From Leucoraja ocellata (Eukaryota): a stretch of 64,000 nucleotides of DNA. The notes under the pieces were generated by a model. That model did not search any database. It was not told where the DNA came from and worked only from the letters and a program-made list of their open reading frames with translations. Each line of letters begins with the position of its first letter. Position 1 is the stretch's first letter. The stretch is taken from NCBI GenBank assembly GCA_036785375.1, contig JAWMAR010000463.1, positions 744,001-808,000 of the forward strand, given 5' to 3'. The position numbers and the translations under genes were made by a program. Of this stretch, positions 26,194 to 39,480 are shown in pieces.

Positions 26194-26914
26194 TGAGAAT
26201 TGCTTTCAATATTCCTTCTTGCTTTGGTATGAAATCTTGAATGCCTGATTGGATTTTGTGCGTGCGTCATTGTCCATCATTTGAGATTGCTGGTGAAAGT
26301 TTGGAAATGTCAACGTTCCCTTGGGCAGTTTCTCCATTTGCGCCCTTGTCTTACGCTCATTGGGGATTGAGAATTAATCTTGGTTCGTGTAGTTGCTTCA
26401 CCACAGGGATCCTCTAGTGAAAGCAAGCAAGAGGGGGGTTTGGAAACAATGGTGTTATACGCTTTATATTAAAAGACTTTTATAAATTATAGTAATCAAT
26501 TTGAGAATTTGGTTAAGTATTATCACTGAAATGCTGCACTGGGCCACTGCAAAAGATGCAGTTGTCACAGCTATGTATTTTGGAGTCCACACAGTTAGAC
26601 ATTTACATGTGCTTTATATTTTTACATGTTATTTTGACATAAACTACAGGCTTTGAAAAAACCCCAACTCCTGTACTCTCGTTCCTTAGATGTCTCATGA
26701 CCTCACGTAGTCCAGATGATAGACGTAAATCTGTTCATTGCATGATGAAGATTCCAGAAACATTTCACATCATTTGCTGCTTCCACAATTGCATCCCCAA
26801 AAACAGGCCCTGAGGTGGGAGGAATTCAAGATGCAAGCAATCTGCTTGTGATTGAAGAATCAAGTTTCCTTATGCACCAATAAAGATTGCAATTTGCTAT
26901 GGTGATAGATACCA

Positions 26915-27022
26915 TCACACAGTCAGGATCTCCCGAATCTCCTGCACTCTGGCAACCTGGTGCTGTATATGGGGCGTGTCTCTTTTCAGCTTCATCGAAA
27001 GCGTTTTGATGTCTATCTCCAG
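26915..27022 (-). CDS. SFI1: SFI1 last coding exon (LEIDIKTLSMKLKRDTPHIQHQVARVQEIREILTV*)
   Basis: ttcacttcaag|CTG...TGA. Aligns by eye to the human SFI1 C-terminus VEMQIQLLAEEL...VARIQALRQALC. Phase 0 matches the preceding exon. Confidence 0.85.
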   Translation of the reverse strand: MEIDIKTLSMKLKRDTPHIQHQVARVQEIREILTV

Positions 27023-29149
27023 CTTGAAGTGAACATAAGAATAAAGTCAAAGCCTCTCACCACATCAAGAATCAAAGTTAAGCCCACATGATTACATATC
27101 CAGTATTTGAATAGTATTTCTTGGAATAAACATGACATACATGCAAAGATACGGCGCTGAGTGTAATTTAAGCAAATTATGTAAAGTTGAGGCATTATAT
27201 CAGTGATGCTTTTCCAAGCAATATCAAATAGCAGGAAACAAATAACCTCAGCCAAGGTTCATGCAGGAGGACATGCATGAACAATTCTGTAAACTTAGCA
27301 ATCAAGTTGGATCCATCTCCAATACCACGCAGGTGTCCGCCGTCAATTTACTATGTGCATATTTTTCCAATATTAGACATCATGCTGAATATAAATTCTA
27401 ATTAAAAACCATACCAAAGGGCTTTCTCACTGGGGCCGTGTCAGATGCAAGGTGTTCTGTTACACTATGTAATGACACAACCCTCACAGTAACATGACTG
27501 CTGAAGTAAGCTTGTAATGTTTGGAGCAGTCCATTATGGAAGAGGAAGTAGATGATGCATTATGTACAGTTGGGTCATCTTATGTAAAAGTAGGACTTGC
27601 TTGCATTGGAGGCAGTTCAGGAAAAGTCTCCAAGCTTTGTGGTAAAGCAAAAATCAAACTGCGGGTGCTACAAACGTTTAGTTGCTGCATTCCATTTTCT
27701 CTCTTCTATTATTGATCTCCCTCTATTTACATCTCCACACAGATCAGCTGTCCCTGACAAGTCTTCACCACCCTCTCTAAACCAGCAACACCACCACTTA
27801 AATGTCATTCAATCCCGCCTGGTCTTGACCTTGTCAAACCTTCTGGTCTGTTCTTTCTACCCACCCTATCTATGCTGTTCCTTCACCATTGTTGTGCCAA
27901 AATCCAACACTGGGTATACCCCACAGCTCCAGTTCTGCGGCAGCTTGCCACCACCTTCGCAAGGGCAACTGAACACTGTCTTGTCTGGTTAAGCCAACAT
28001 CCCTTGACTATTTTACCCCTCATAATTTTATAAACCTCTGCTATGTCACCTCCAATATTCCAGTGAGAATAAACCCAACCCATCACGTCCACATCGTGTC
28101 TTGTTATAACTGCAGCCTATGTTCCAGCAGTGAAATTTTGTAACGATAGTTTCACAGGATGGAAACAGACCCTTCGGCTCAACTCAGCCATGCTGACCAA
28201 GATGTCCCATTTTAACAAATCCGATTTTCAATATCCGATAGCCAGAAAGAGACGGATGAGAAAAATAGTGGTAGGAAATAACAGCTAGGGTGTAATTTTT
28301 CTACTGTGGTTTGGGGCCTAACAAGGGAAGTATCACCACCAAGCCCAACCCATTCCCTCCCGCAAAATCTGCTTCCTCCTTACATACGGGAAGCACTACA
28401 TTGTATTATCAACATTTTTAAGCCATCTGAATGGTTCCCGAAATCATCTGTAAGACACGTTTGACCTTTCCAGCACTGATTTTCCCTCTCGGAGATTCTG
28501 CTGCGTCAGTAACTAAGCCTGCTGAATAGCTTTAGCATTGTGTGGTATCCTTTTGTGTTCCTGCTGTTTTGGAATAAAATCTGCTTGGCAGAGAACTGAC
28601 TAAGTCTGCTGCTGGCAGTGAAGGGTATGAGGGTTTTGCACTATGTTCATTTGTTTTGTTTGTCTGCCTGATGCAACACAGCTGCAGGGAATGGCACATT
28701 GACAATCCATCCCCACAGTCCTTCAATGTCCGATAACCAGAGTTTTTCTGCTGCAGTGGACTGGAACCAGAGAGTGGACTATAAATCACAGTCCAGCGTT
28801 CCTGCTATTGTCTGTAACTCCATCTCCACTGTCAGCACTTAACAGACAGAGATAATGATAAATCCCATCAATTGACAATAGATTAAAACCAATATACACC
28901 ACTGCAAAGCATGAACAATCGCAATCAGATGCTCCAGTAAAACAAAAACCGGTAAGTCTCTACAGAGTATACATAACGCACACCAGGAACAAAGATGTGT
29001 AGAAATAGTTCCCCTATTATAAGCCCTTCCTACACTGACTTGCATCCCCGTGGCAACTGGTTGCTGACGTTACCCCAACAACAGCTGGATTATGCTGCTG
29101 GGATGTGATGACTAGTTTTCTCCTCAAGCACATCCTTATTCTTGGAAGA

Positions 29150-30200
29150 ACAAGAGATTGCAGATGCTGCAATCTGGAACAAAAAAAGTAGACCTGCTGG
29201 AGGAGCTCAGTGGAGCAGGCAGCATCTTTGTGGGGAAATGGACTGTCAACATTTTGGGACGAGACCTTTCATCTGGACTGAAAGGAAACAGCCAGTATAA
29301 AGAGTTGGGGGACAAAGGTCAAGGGATAGATTGGAACAAGTGAGGTGGAAGTTCATTGGCAGATAAGTCAGGTGGGGGAGAGGAGGGTGGAGATAGCAAC
29401 AGAAACAGAGATAAGTGAAGAATAAAAGTGCAAATTCTGGAATCTGATGGGAAAGGAAAGTAAATGGAATCAAATAAGGGTGGCTTGTGGCAGATGGGAA
29501 GAACAGAGGGAGGGGATCCTGTGGGAGGTGTGTGGGTGATGGATAGGTGGGGTTATTGTAGGAAGTAGTGGGCGTGTGATAGGACCAGGCTAGATGAGAA
29601 GTGCGAAGGAATTCAATGTTGATGCAATGCCCGACTGGACAGTGTGGGAATGGAGAGGGGAATTAAAATCCAAATAACCAGCAGATACAGAACACAGGCA
29701 CTTGGTAAATCTGTCTCACCAATGTACAGCGGGCCACATTGAGATGACCAAATGCAACTGATGTTTAGATTGTAGGAAGGACAACTGTTACGCCGTCTAC
29801 ATTTGCAGAAGGGGAAGGGGAGGGATGAGCGAACCAGGGAGTCACAGACTGGGTTATCACTGCGGAAAGCAGGAAGGGATAAGGAAGGGCAGATGTGAAT
29901 GGTGCTGGGATCAGGTTGTGGCCGGCAGAATTGTTGATGAATGATGTGCTGGGTGCAGAAGCTGGTGGGCTGACAGATAAGGACTAAGGAATCTGCTCCT
30001 ATGGGGAGGTGGGGTGAGAGGGTGCAGGACATAAAGGAGGTACAGTAGAGGCGATGGTTAACCACTGGGTGTGGAACAGCATTTCCTGAAATAGCAACAC
30101 ATTTCTGATTTACCGGAGTGAAAAGCCTTATCTTGAGAACTGACGTGGCAAAAGAGAAAGGTATGGCATCCTCAGAAGAGATCAGGAGATGTGGTCTATG
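29150..30200 (-). mobile_element. Degenerate Penelope-like fragment
   Basis: ORF 29613..30065 contains PAFRSDNPVCDSLVRSSLP, CKCRRRNSCP and GPLYIGET. A terminal-type sequence lies at 29155-29280. Confidence 0.7.
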
Positions 30201-30609
30201 TAGCTGTGGGAGATAATTGGTTTGTGCTAGATCCTCATTCTAAATGGCAACTTTCCAGAAAGATTGTGTTGGGACAATGTTGCAAGAAGTCTTCCCAGTT
30301 TCTGCATCCTCCAACGCATGACCACAACAAGCTGATCATTGGCCATATCAACCTATTTCTCGTGTTACATTTTTTTCACCATTAGTCCAATTTTTGCTCT
30401 CAAGTGACTAAATCTGAACTGGGAACCAGATATTAATGTAGAGACTAGTTCTCTTCCTTCAACAGTTGTCTGCCTCTTACTGGAGGGAATTCAAGGTGGA
30501 AAGATATACCTCTACATGATTAAGTAATATCTATAAAACGTTAAATGTTTTAATCCCAGTCTATTCAATGTATGTGAATGGATCTGCTGTTGGACATGCG
30601 GTGATTTAC

Positions 30610-30706
30610 CTGCTTTAGTTCCTGCCTCATCTGTGGCGCTTCTCCATCTTCTGTTGCATTTACCTGAAGCCAATTCTGTAGCACAGAAGCCTGTTTCTGC
30701 CAGATC
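30610..30706 (-). CDS. SFI1: SFI1 penultimate exon (R-IWQKQASVLQNWLQVNATEDGEAPQMRQELKQ)
   Basis: tttctctgcag|G...CAG|GTAAAT, 97 nt. Resembles human SCRRQASSLRRWLEL...QVQKELEQ. Confidence 0.9.
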
Positions 30707-30879
30707 CTGCAGAGAAACGCAATGGAACATTTCCTTATGATAAGGGAAGCCATTTAGTTCCAGCTCATAAAGCAATCCTGTTACCTCACTAATTTTGCTT
30801 GCCCCTATGAGGTAACATTCTTACCCCATTCCCATGGGATATTACTTACTACACACCACAGCATTCAAACGTCCAAAGA

Positions 30880-31130
30880 TTGTCCCTAGTGTGCAGGATA
30901 GAACTTGTGCACGGGTGATCGTTGGTCAGCGTGGACTTGGTGGGTCGAAGGGCCTGTTTTCCACACCATATCGCTAAACTAAATGTATAGTGGCCAATTA
31001 ACTTATCAACCAGTACTTCTTTGGCATGTGGGAGGAAATCACGTGGTCACAAAGACATCATCAAACTCCAAGCAGACAGCAGCCGTGATCAGAAATAAAC
31101 CATGAGGCAGCTTCTCCACTGAGCCGCCCG
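30880..31130. mobile_element. Two V-SINE (HE1-like) fragments in opposite orientation
   Basis: A + strand 3' tail (gggtcgaagggcctgtttt...ctaaactaaa) abuts a - strand body (ttggcatgtgggaggaaa...). Confidence 0.55.
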
Positions 31131-32599
31131 CTGAGCATTCTTTTCAACAATTTCATTTCAGGCAGCATTGTTAAATGCAGATTAATGTTTTATCCACACT
31201 GCCAAACCATGGGATGTCCAGAAGGATAAGCATTAAATTGTGTTAATAGGAGAGTTGAAGCAGTCCACCTTGTAATAAGCGATTTTGATCTAGTCTATAA
31301 TTGATCTCAAAAGCAAGAAGTTGCATCTACACTGGAGTCCTGAGTAGTCATCTCACTGAGTATACGAGTGATACTTGGATACCAGCCAACATAAAACACC
31401 AGATTATTTGCCTGAACCAGAAAGTATATTTACAGAGCTGTTCCCCTGAGAAATGTCGTTCATCTGTGTATTGTGAGGCTAAACAATCTATTCTGAGCAT
31501 AACTGGGGCCAGGTGACACCTTTATATTCCCATAAAATAAAAGTATTCAAGTCAAAGTCACCTTCAAAAGTGTGCTGATTTTCTACTAATCTTAACAAAG
31601 GGGAACCCGTCTCTGTTTACTCGAGATATTTGAGTATTGTTGACTTATTTTTTTATTGGAATCAACCAACTTATTCTTTTCCAAAATGGGAACCTGGAAA
31701 GGATGGATGTGTCCAGAGAAAATGATTAGAAAATCTTGAAATATATTCTTGGCAGAGTCAAATGTTGAGAACGGAGCCTCAAAAAGTGGAAACATGACCA
31801 GAAGTGTCAGAAACAGATGAATGAGGTAATTAAGGCAAGTTAAAAAAAGAACATGACTGAACAATGCTAAAATTATACTGAGAAGATCAAAGGGATTCAA
31901 TGAACCGACCAAAAGCCTCACAACTACAAAAGTAGCTGTAGAGGTAGGGACAAGAAGATGCTGAAAACAATATTACACATTTTTCTAAAACTAATAACTC
32001 CTGGCTTTGGAAGGAGAGTAATAGAAACTTACAAGACTGATACCCGGATAAAGGTCATCAGTCATTGGAGAAACACTGCAAAATGTCCTCCGGGGAGCAA
32101 AGGCATACATTAATAATGAAGCAAATCAAAGGAGGCCGAAACGGAATGGGATTACTGGGGGGTGTACGTGTGGGACAGCTAGTCATTTTGTTTTTAACCA
32201 GAGAGTTATGATAATCTGAAGTGCGCAGATTGAGACAGTGAAAGAGACTTAATGATGGTTTTGTAAATGAGTTTAGACATATCTCCATCATGCAGGGACT
32301 CAAAAGGAAGATTTAAGAGTATTTCCTGACCATACAGGTCTGACTGCACGTGACTATGGAAAGGGAAACAGAATTAAGGCCAAAGAATCTGTCAAAATAG
32401 TATTAATGAGAAAAACAAGTTACCTGTGAAAGGGTGAGGCTGGCATTGCTGTGGGGATCAGTGGAGGTTAATTGCAACAATTAGAGTGATAATACAAAGG
32501 GCACACCCACAGTCAGCCAGTGCTAATGAAGAAAAGACAACTAACATCAAGGTTGGATGACTTTCAGTAGAAATGGCCGGTTCTAATACAAATACGGCA

Positions 32600-34200
32600 A
32601 ACCAGTTAGCCAAGCTGCAGACTTCGTCATTGAGTCTAGATGGCTGCAACCTGGTCAGATGGAAGATGAGGTGCTGTTCCTTGATCTTGAATTTGGCTTT
32701 GGTATAAAGTGCAGGGGGCCAAAGGAAGCATGTGGGAGTGACCACAGTGGACTGAAAACAGGGTTCTCTGGAAATCTTCATTTGGTTGCTGCAATGTTGA
32801 GGAGATCACATTGCCAACGCCATATACAGTACCATAGATTAGAAGGGTAAATAAATCACTGCTTCACCCTGGGAGAATTACCTGATTCGCATGATGGGAA
32901 GGAAAGATGTGAAAGGACAAGTGTTGCATAGCTTGCGGTTGCAAGGGAAATTGTCATTAAAAAAAATAGACGGATGGGTTGGAAAAGAACTGCAGACCAT
33001 CAAGCAATCATTTTGAAATGTTGAAAAGGAGGAGGAAAGACACCAGAAACTGTTGATACTGGAATCTTGAGCAAAGGTTAAATCGCTGGAGGCAGGTGGA
33101 GGGAACGGACCGATGACGCTTCATGGCAGGATTCTTCTTCAGACCGTTTGGACTCAGCAGAGAAAGTTTGAAGAGAGGTGGGGGTGGCGCAAGGCCTGGT
33201 AAGTGATAGGTGGATAAAGGTGAGGGGAGTGGGTGATTGGGGGGAGGTATTACTTCAAAGTGGCCAATTCAATGTTCACACTACTGGGTTGTAAGCTACC
33301 CAAACAATAGAGCAGGTTGGAAGAGGTGCACATGAGTGTCCGTCTCACTGGAAGGAAGTAGGAGAAGAGGTGCAGGGACAGGCATTACATCTCCAAGTGG
33401 TTCTACTGTATCCTTGGCCTCCTCGATTGTAAGCGAGAAGAACAGCATCTCATATTCCTTTGGGTAGCTTTCAACTCAACGGTATGAACATTAAATTCTC
33501 TAATTTCAAGTAATACCCCGGCACATATTTCCACCCCTCCCACCCCGTTGCCTTACCACACATCTTATTTCTCCCACAACCACCGTCACCCTGCACCTTT
33601 TCCCACTCCTTCGTACACTCGTGTTCCATCCTAGAGTCCCACAGTTCTCTTTTATCGCCTCCGTTTCTCCCCCCGCCTGTCGCCTTCAACGCATTTCACT
33701 CCTCTTCTCTCATTGTGTGTTTTGTCTTATTTTCATCTCTAGTCTTTGCCACCGTCACTTCAACTATTACTTCCCAGGCTTGTCCCACCACACCTCTCAT
33801 TTCCAGCTTTCTCCCCCCACTCCCCCACTTCTACCAGAGGAAGTGTCCTAAACTGAAAAAGTAATCCATCCACAGATGCTGCCTGATCTACTTAGTACTT
33901 CCAGCACTTTTTTTTGCTTAAGGGAACCTGGAATATGCGTCTGTTCATATTATTTGAGCTGGCAGAAATATGGCAAAAGATGTTCTGATGAATGCAGAAG
34001 CTGGTGGGGTGGAAGATGGAGATAAGGGAAACACTATCTTTGCAATGTCCAGGAGGAAAGGGGATGAGAGCAGAGGTGAACAAATAGACGAGACACAGCT
34101 AAGGGCACTATCAACTATGGTACAGATGATGCCACAGTTCAGGAACATAGAAGATATCTCAGAGACTCCTGCATGGAAAGTCTCGTCGTCAGAGTGAATA
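32600..34200. mobile_element. Cluster of degenerate Penelope-like fragments
   Basis: IKEQHLIFHL motif on the - strand at about 32660 and aacagcatctcatattcctttggg on the + strand at about 33440, plus terminal-repeat remnants. Confidence 0.6.
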
Positions 34201-35138
34201 CAACAGAGATGAAGGAACTGGGAGATTTTCCTCAGGGCTGGTTCTCAGTAAGTGGAGGGCTGGAAATTCATATGTTAGAGGTTAGAGCAAGCAAGGAAAT
34301 ATCAAGGTGTTCAACGTCACATCAGCAGTTAGCAATGAATAGATCCAGAGAGGTATCCAGCTGGATCTGGTGTTTTGGAAATGCAAGAAAGAGTCGACAG
34401 TCTGGAGTGAAGACTGGCTGCAGAGGCAGGGGAAGGACGTTTGGTGCCATGTTGAGGCGCGACTTCAACGTGGGGGCAAAGCTGAAGCCTCGGATCAATG
34501 AGGAGAAAATTTAAAGAAATTGTGACAACACAGCAGTAGGGAGAGATAGGGGTCAGAGGAAAGTGGAAAAGGCGAAAGGTCTGGATGGGTAACGGAGTTC
34601 AAAAATTGTTGTGAGCATGATGGCTTTGAGATAGTCATTTGATGTTAAAGAGAGGCAAAGAACATACATGTTCCAACACCTGGCATCAAGGTTGGATCTG
34701 AGAATACCAAGAAGACATGTGATAACTGCTGAATAGTTTAAAGGGAAGGGGAGCAGGAAGGAGATAGCGAAGGGGAGCAAGTGTAGCAAGGGAAGGGGAG
34801 TGGTGGGGGGGGGGGGGGGGCAGAGGAAAGGGAAACGGGCAGAATGTGGATGCAGGCAAATCAACATACTGAAGGGATGTCAGCGGTGTCCTTGATCATT
34901 TTCTTCCGAATCAATAATTCCTTTGATGACATTCTATGTCTGGGAATAGAGTCTCTTCTCTAGGGCAGAGATGAATTTGAAGGGTGGGAGGGGGGGGGGG
35001 GGGGAAGACAGGCTTCATTGCACACCTGACCTCCCTAATGTTGGGAGAATTTGACAAGGTTGTCAGCATTTGGCCCACTTGGTTTTGCAGCTGCAGGTAT
35101 TAGTAACAGCTAAATACAGTGCCTCCTTGACAACCTAC

Positions 35139-35241
35139 CTGAGCTGCTGCTTGCTGTCATGGAAGCTCTGCATCTGCTGACGTATTCCATGCAGTTCAGC
35201 CTTCAGTTTACGTTGCTGATCACATTCAGCAAAGTCGGCAT
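35139..35241 (-). CDS. SFI1: SFI1 exon (ADFAECDQQRKLKAELHGIRQQMQSFHDSKQQLR)
   Basis: cccacaaatcag|AT...AG|GTAGGT, 103 nt. Resembles human [23 protein letters not shown]. The phase-2 end fits the 30706 exon. Confidence 0.9.
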
Positions 35242-35500
35242 CTGATTTGTGGGAATGGAATAGAAAGGATTAATCAGAGGCAGCCCTTAAACCATCACAG
35301 CTGTCTTTCCTCTCAAAAGAATTCTGACCTTCACATTAAGCTGCAGGACACCACAGCAAAAATCTGACACACATCGCAGTGTGCATTCTGTGCAATGAGA
35401 GCGATTCGGTGGATGTAATAGATTAAAGATTAGCTTGGCTGGCTTGATGTAACTACATATTTACACCGTTCATAGAAACATGCTCATGATGTCAGATCTA

Positions 35501-36983
35501 CAGTGCCCTCCATAATGTTTGGGACAAAGACCCATCATTTATTTCTTTGCCTCTGTACTCCACAATTTGAGATTTGTAATAGAAAAAAAAAATCACGTGT
35601 GGTTAAAGCGCACATTGTCAGATTTAAATAAAAGCCATTTTTATACATGTAGAAATTACAGCAGTGTTTATACATAGTCCCCCCATTTCAGGGCACCATC
35701 ATGTTTGGGACATAGCAATGTCATGAAAATGGAAGTAGTCATGTTTAGTATTTTGTTGCATATCCTTTGCATGCAATGACTGCTTGAAGTCTGCAATTCA
35801 TGGACATCACCAGTTGCTGGGTGTCTTCTCTGGTGATGCTCTGCCAGGCCTGTATTGCAGCCATCTTTAGCTTATGCTTGTTTTGGGGGCTAGTCCCCTT
35901 CATCTTTCTCTTCAGCATATAAAAGGCATGCTCAATTGGGATCAGATCGGGTGAATGACTTGGCCACTAAAGAATTTACCATTTTTTAGCTTTGAAAACT
36001 CCTTTGTTGTTTTAGCAGTATGTTTGGGATCATTGTTTTGCTGTGGAATGAACTGCTGGCCAATGAGTTTTGAGGCATTTGTTTGAACTTGAGCAGATTG
36101 GATGTGTCTATACACTTCAGAATTCATTATGCTACTACCATCAGCAGTTATATCATCAATGAAGATAAGTGAGCCCAGTACCTTCAGCAGCCATACATGC
36201 CCTGGCCATAACACCCCCACCACCGTGTTTCACAGATGAGGTGGTATGCTTTGGATCTTGGGCAGTTCCTTCTCCCCTCCATACTTTGCTCTTGCCATCA
36301 CTCTGATATGTTAATCTTCATCTCATCTGTCCACAAGACCTTATTCCAGAACTGTGGTTGTTCTTTTAAGTAGTTCTCGGCAAACTATAACCTAGCCATC
36401 CTATTTTTGGGGCTAACTAGTGGTTTTGCAGTGTAGCCGCCGAATTTCTGTTCATGAAGTCTTCTGCGGACAGTGGTCATTGACAAATCACACACCTGAA
36501 GCGTGTTTCTGATCTGTCGGACAGGTGTTTGGAGATTTTTCTTTATTATATAGAGAATTCTTCTGTCATCAGCTGTGGAGGTCTTCCTTGGCCTGCCAGT
36601 CCCTTTGCAATTAGTAAGCCCACCAGTGCTCTCATTCTTCTTAATGATGTTCCAAACAGTTGATTTTGGTATGCCTAAGGTTTGGCTGATGTCTCTAACC
36701 GTTTTATTCTTGTTTCTCAGTCTCATAATGGTTTCTTTGACTTTAATTGGCACAACTTTGGTCCTCATGTTGATAAACAGCAATAAAAGGGTCCAAAGGT
36801 GAAGGAAAGACTGGAGGAATGACTGCTGAGCACAATCCTTACCTGCATGAAGGAGGCAATTAAACACACCTGAGCAATTACAAACATCTGTGAAGCCATG
36901 TGACCCAAATATGTGACCCAAATTGTGGAGTACAGAGGCAAATAAATAAATGATGGGTCTTTGTCCCATTATGGAGGGCACTG
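35501..36983 (-). mobile_element. Tc1/mariner DNA transposon, IR/DR type, inactive
   Basis: TA|CAGTGCCCTCCATAATGTTTGGGACAAAG at the left end and ...ctttgtcccattatggagggcactg at the right end, with an inner direct repeat near 35691. Transposase starts at ATG 36768 (paired-like HTH, GRPRKT). The catalytic region is frameshifted and the second Asp reads QQNNDPKH. Confidence 0.92.
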
Positions 36984-37513
36984 TCTGTGCAGGGTGTTGT
37001 GGAAACTGTAAAGCTAAACAGTCCTGGGATATCATTTGATGGGGAAAAGAAACGGTGTGCATCATAATCTGTCTGCAGATTCCGCCAAGTTCTAGAACTG
37101 TGAGGGATATCATCTGCACCCATTTCCTTATTGTATTTTCAGTTGTGAATGGCTATTTTAACTCCCTGTCAGTCAGGACCGGCAGTGAGACTGGACCTGA
37201 AAGTCTACAGTGGAATGGGAGTTGATGCACCTATGAAGGCAGAGCTACAGTTCAAGAAGTCTTCTACGCTTCCTTCCAACAAACAATAACCAGCTCCCTG
37301 TCCATGACAAATTCGCCCTTAGGTGTCATGGTGTTAGAAGATTCTAAATAATCCTCACATTATCTGCAAATGGTTTCACCTTCTGTAATCTATCCAACCA
37401 CCATGTTTTTTATGTGTTGAAAGAAACTGCAGATGCTGGTTTACGCCAAAGATAGACACAGTGCTGGAGTAATTCAGTGGGTCGGGCACTGAATGGTCGA
37501 GAAACAGGATGAT

Positions 37514-37541
37514 GACGTTTCAGGCCGGGACCCTTCTTCAG
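37514..37541 (-). ncRNA. Minimal hammerhead ribozyme-like core in Penelope terminal repeat
   Basis: CUGAAGA-A-GGGU-CCCG-GCCU-GAAACGUC on the - strand. Confidence 0.5.
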
Positions 37542-38069
37542 ACTAAGATTAGCGGGGAGGGAATTAGAGGTAAGAAAAGTCACAGGTTTTCACATAAACA
37601 CAGCTTTCCAACATTCATGGACATGATTCACAATTATCTTGCCTACCCTGAGGCAACGTGGATCTCCCAGTGCTATTGAGATTGCAGTTAGGGAGAGAAG
37701 CCAAGGCTATCTTTACCAATGCTAATTATGGTGGAGTTCAGGACAGTATAGGTATTGTAGTTCATTTTGGTTAGGATCAGCAGCTGTCTGAACAAGAACT
37801 GCAGGATCTTTGAGATTTTCCAATTAGATTTTCTTGCCTAAGCGAACATTCAGAGACCAAGCTCCAAGTCAACATCAACTCAAGTGGATCGGACCTGCAC
37901 TTAATATTTTCAAAATAAAGGTAATTAAACAGCCCACTCCCAACGTGCAACACCATTCTCTGACATAAAGACTGATGTCCATGATGAAATTGCATTCAGT
38001 GGGCACAGCCGTAGGAGAAGAGAGCATCTCAAATCCAGTACAATGATTATGGTTTACCAGGTTACAACA

Positions 38070-39157
38070 TTACCTGTGCCCTCCTCCAACCTCATCTACT
38101 GTATCCGCTGTTCCAGATGTCAACTTCGCTACATTGGCGAGACCAAGCGCAGGCCCAGCGATCGTTTCACTGAACACCTCCACTGAATCCGCCTTAACCT
38201 ACCCGATCTCCTGGTGGCTCAGCACTTCAACTCCCCTCCCATTCCCAATCTGACCTTTCTGTCTTGGGTCTCCACCATTGTCAGATTGAGGCCCAGCACA
38301 AATTGGAGGAACAGCACCTCATATTTCGCTTGGGTAGCTTACACTCCAGCAGTATGAACATTGACTTCTCTAACTTCAGATAGCCCTTGACTTCTCTCTC
38401 CATCCCCTTCCCCTTCGCAGTTCTCCCACTCGTCTTACTATCTCCAACGACATTATATCTTTGTCCGTCCCCTCCCCTGATATCAGTCTGAAGAAAGGTC
38501 TTGAACCGAAACGTCACCCATTCCTTCTCTCCAGAGATGTTGCCTCACCCGCTGGGTTATTGTGTGCAGTTTTGGTCTCCAAATTTGAGGAAGGACATTC
38601 TTGCTATTGAGGGAGTGCAGTGTAGGTCCTCAAGGTTAATTCCCGGGATGGCGGGACTGTCATATGCTGAGCGAATGGAGTGGCTGGGCTTGTATACTCT
38701 GGAATTTAGAAGGATGAGAGGGAATCTTATTGAAACATACAAGATTATTAAGGGTTTGGACACGCTAGAGGCAGGATGCTCTCGATGTTCGGGGAGTCCA
38801 GAACAAGGGGCCACAGTTTAAGAATAAGGGGGAAGCCATTTAGGACGGAGATGGGAAATACTTTTTCACACAGAGTTGTGTGTCTGTGGAATTCTCTGCC
38901 ACAAAGGGCGGTTGAGGCCGGTTCTCTGGATACTTTCAAGAGAGAGCTAGATAGAGTTCTTGGAGATAGCAGAGTCAGGGGATATAGGGAGAAGGCAGGA
39001 ATGGGGGTACTGATTGTGGATGATCAGCCATGATCACATTGAATGGCGGTGCTGGCTTGAAGGGCTGAATGGCCTACTCCTGTATCTATTGTCTATTGTT
39101 ACTCCAGCATTTTTTGTCTACTTTCGATTTAAACCAGCATCTGCAGTTCTTTCTTAC
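38070..39157 (+). mobile_element. Penelope-like 3' fragment interrupted by a HER1/CR1 insertion (about 38560-39097)
   Basis: IYCIRCSRCQLRYIGETKRR GIY-YIG at about 38095. The terminal sequence ccgctgggtta|...|gttactccagca is split by CR1 sequence (YCVQFWSP...SHRVVCLWNSLP), with gtta duplicated. Confidence 0.85.
38488..38515 (+). ncRNA. Minimal hammerhead-like core (stem II partly mismatched)
   Basis: CUGAAGA-A-AGGU-CUUG-AACC-GAAACGUC. Confidence 0.4.
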
Positions 39158-39480
39158 AGATTACCTGTGCCCTTGTGTATTTCCTACAGCAGACACCTCA
39201 AAGCACTGGAGAGGAAACCTTCCAGTGGAATTGGTGATAAGCAAACTAACATCAATATCGTTTGCGAGAGTCACATCCCCATCATCAAGACGCTGATTAC
39301 ACTTGACTCTGTTCCGTTGACCATGTCACTTGCATGATTTGTCAATCATTGTCAAACATTCAAGGATATGCTTAAAGCATCTTTGAAAAAGTGCAACATG
39401 TCCAATGGTTCGTTCGAAAACCTGGTCCACGATCACCGCAACTAGGAAAGGTTGATTTGGATCAGCTGTTATTTGTTTAC

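Noticed and set aside
37777-37995. Candidate missing SFI1 exon
   Set aside because: Phase-0 reading from its AG hits TGA at the fifth codon, and I found no phase-compatible donor.
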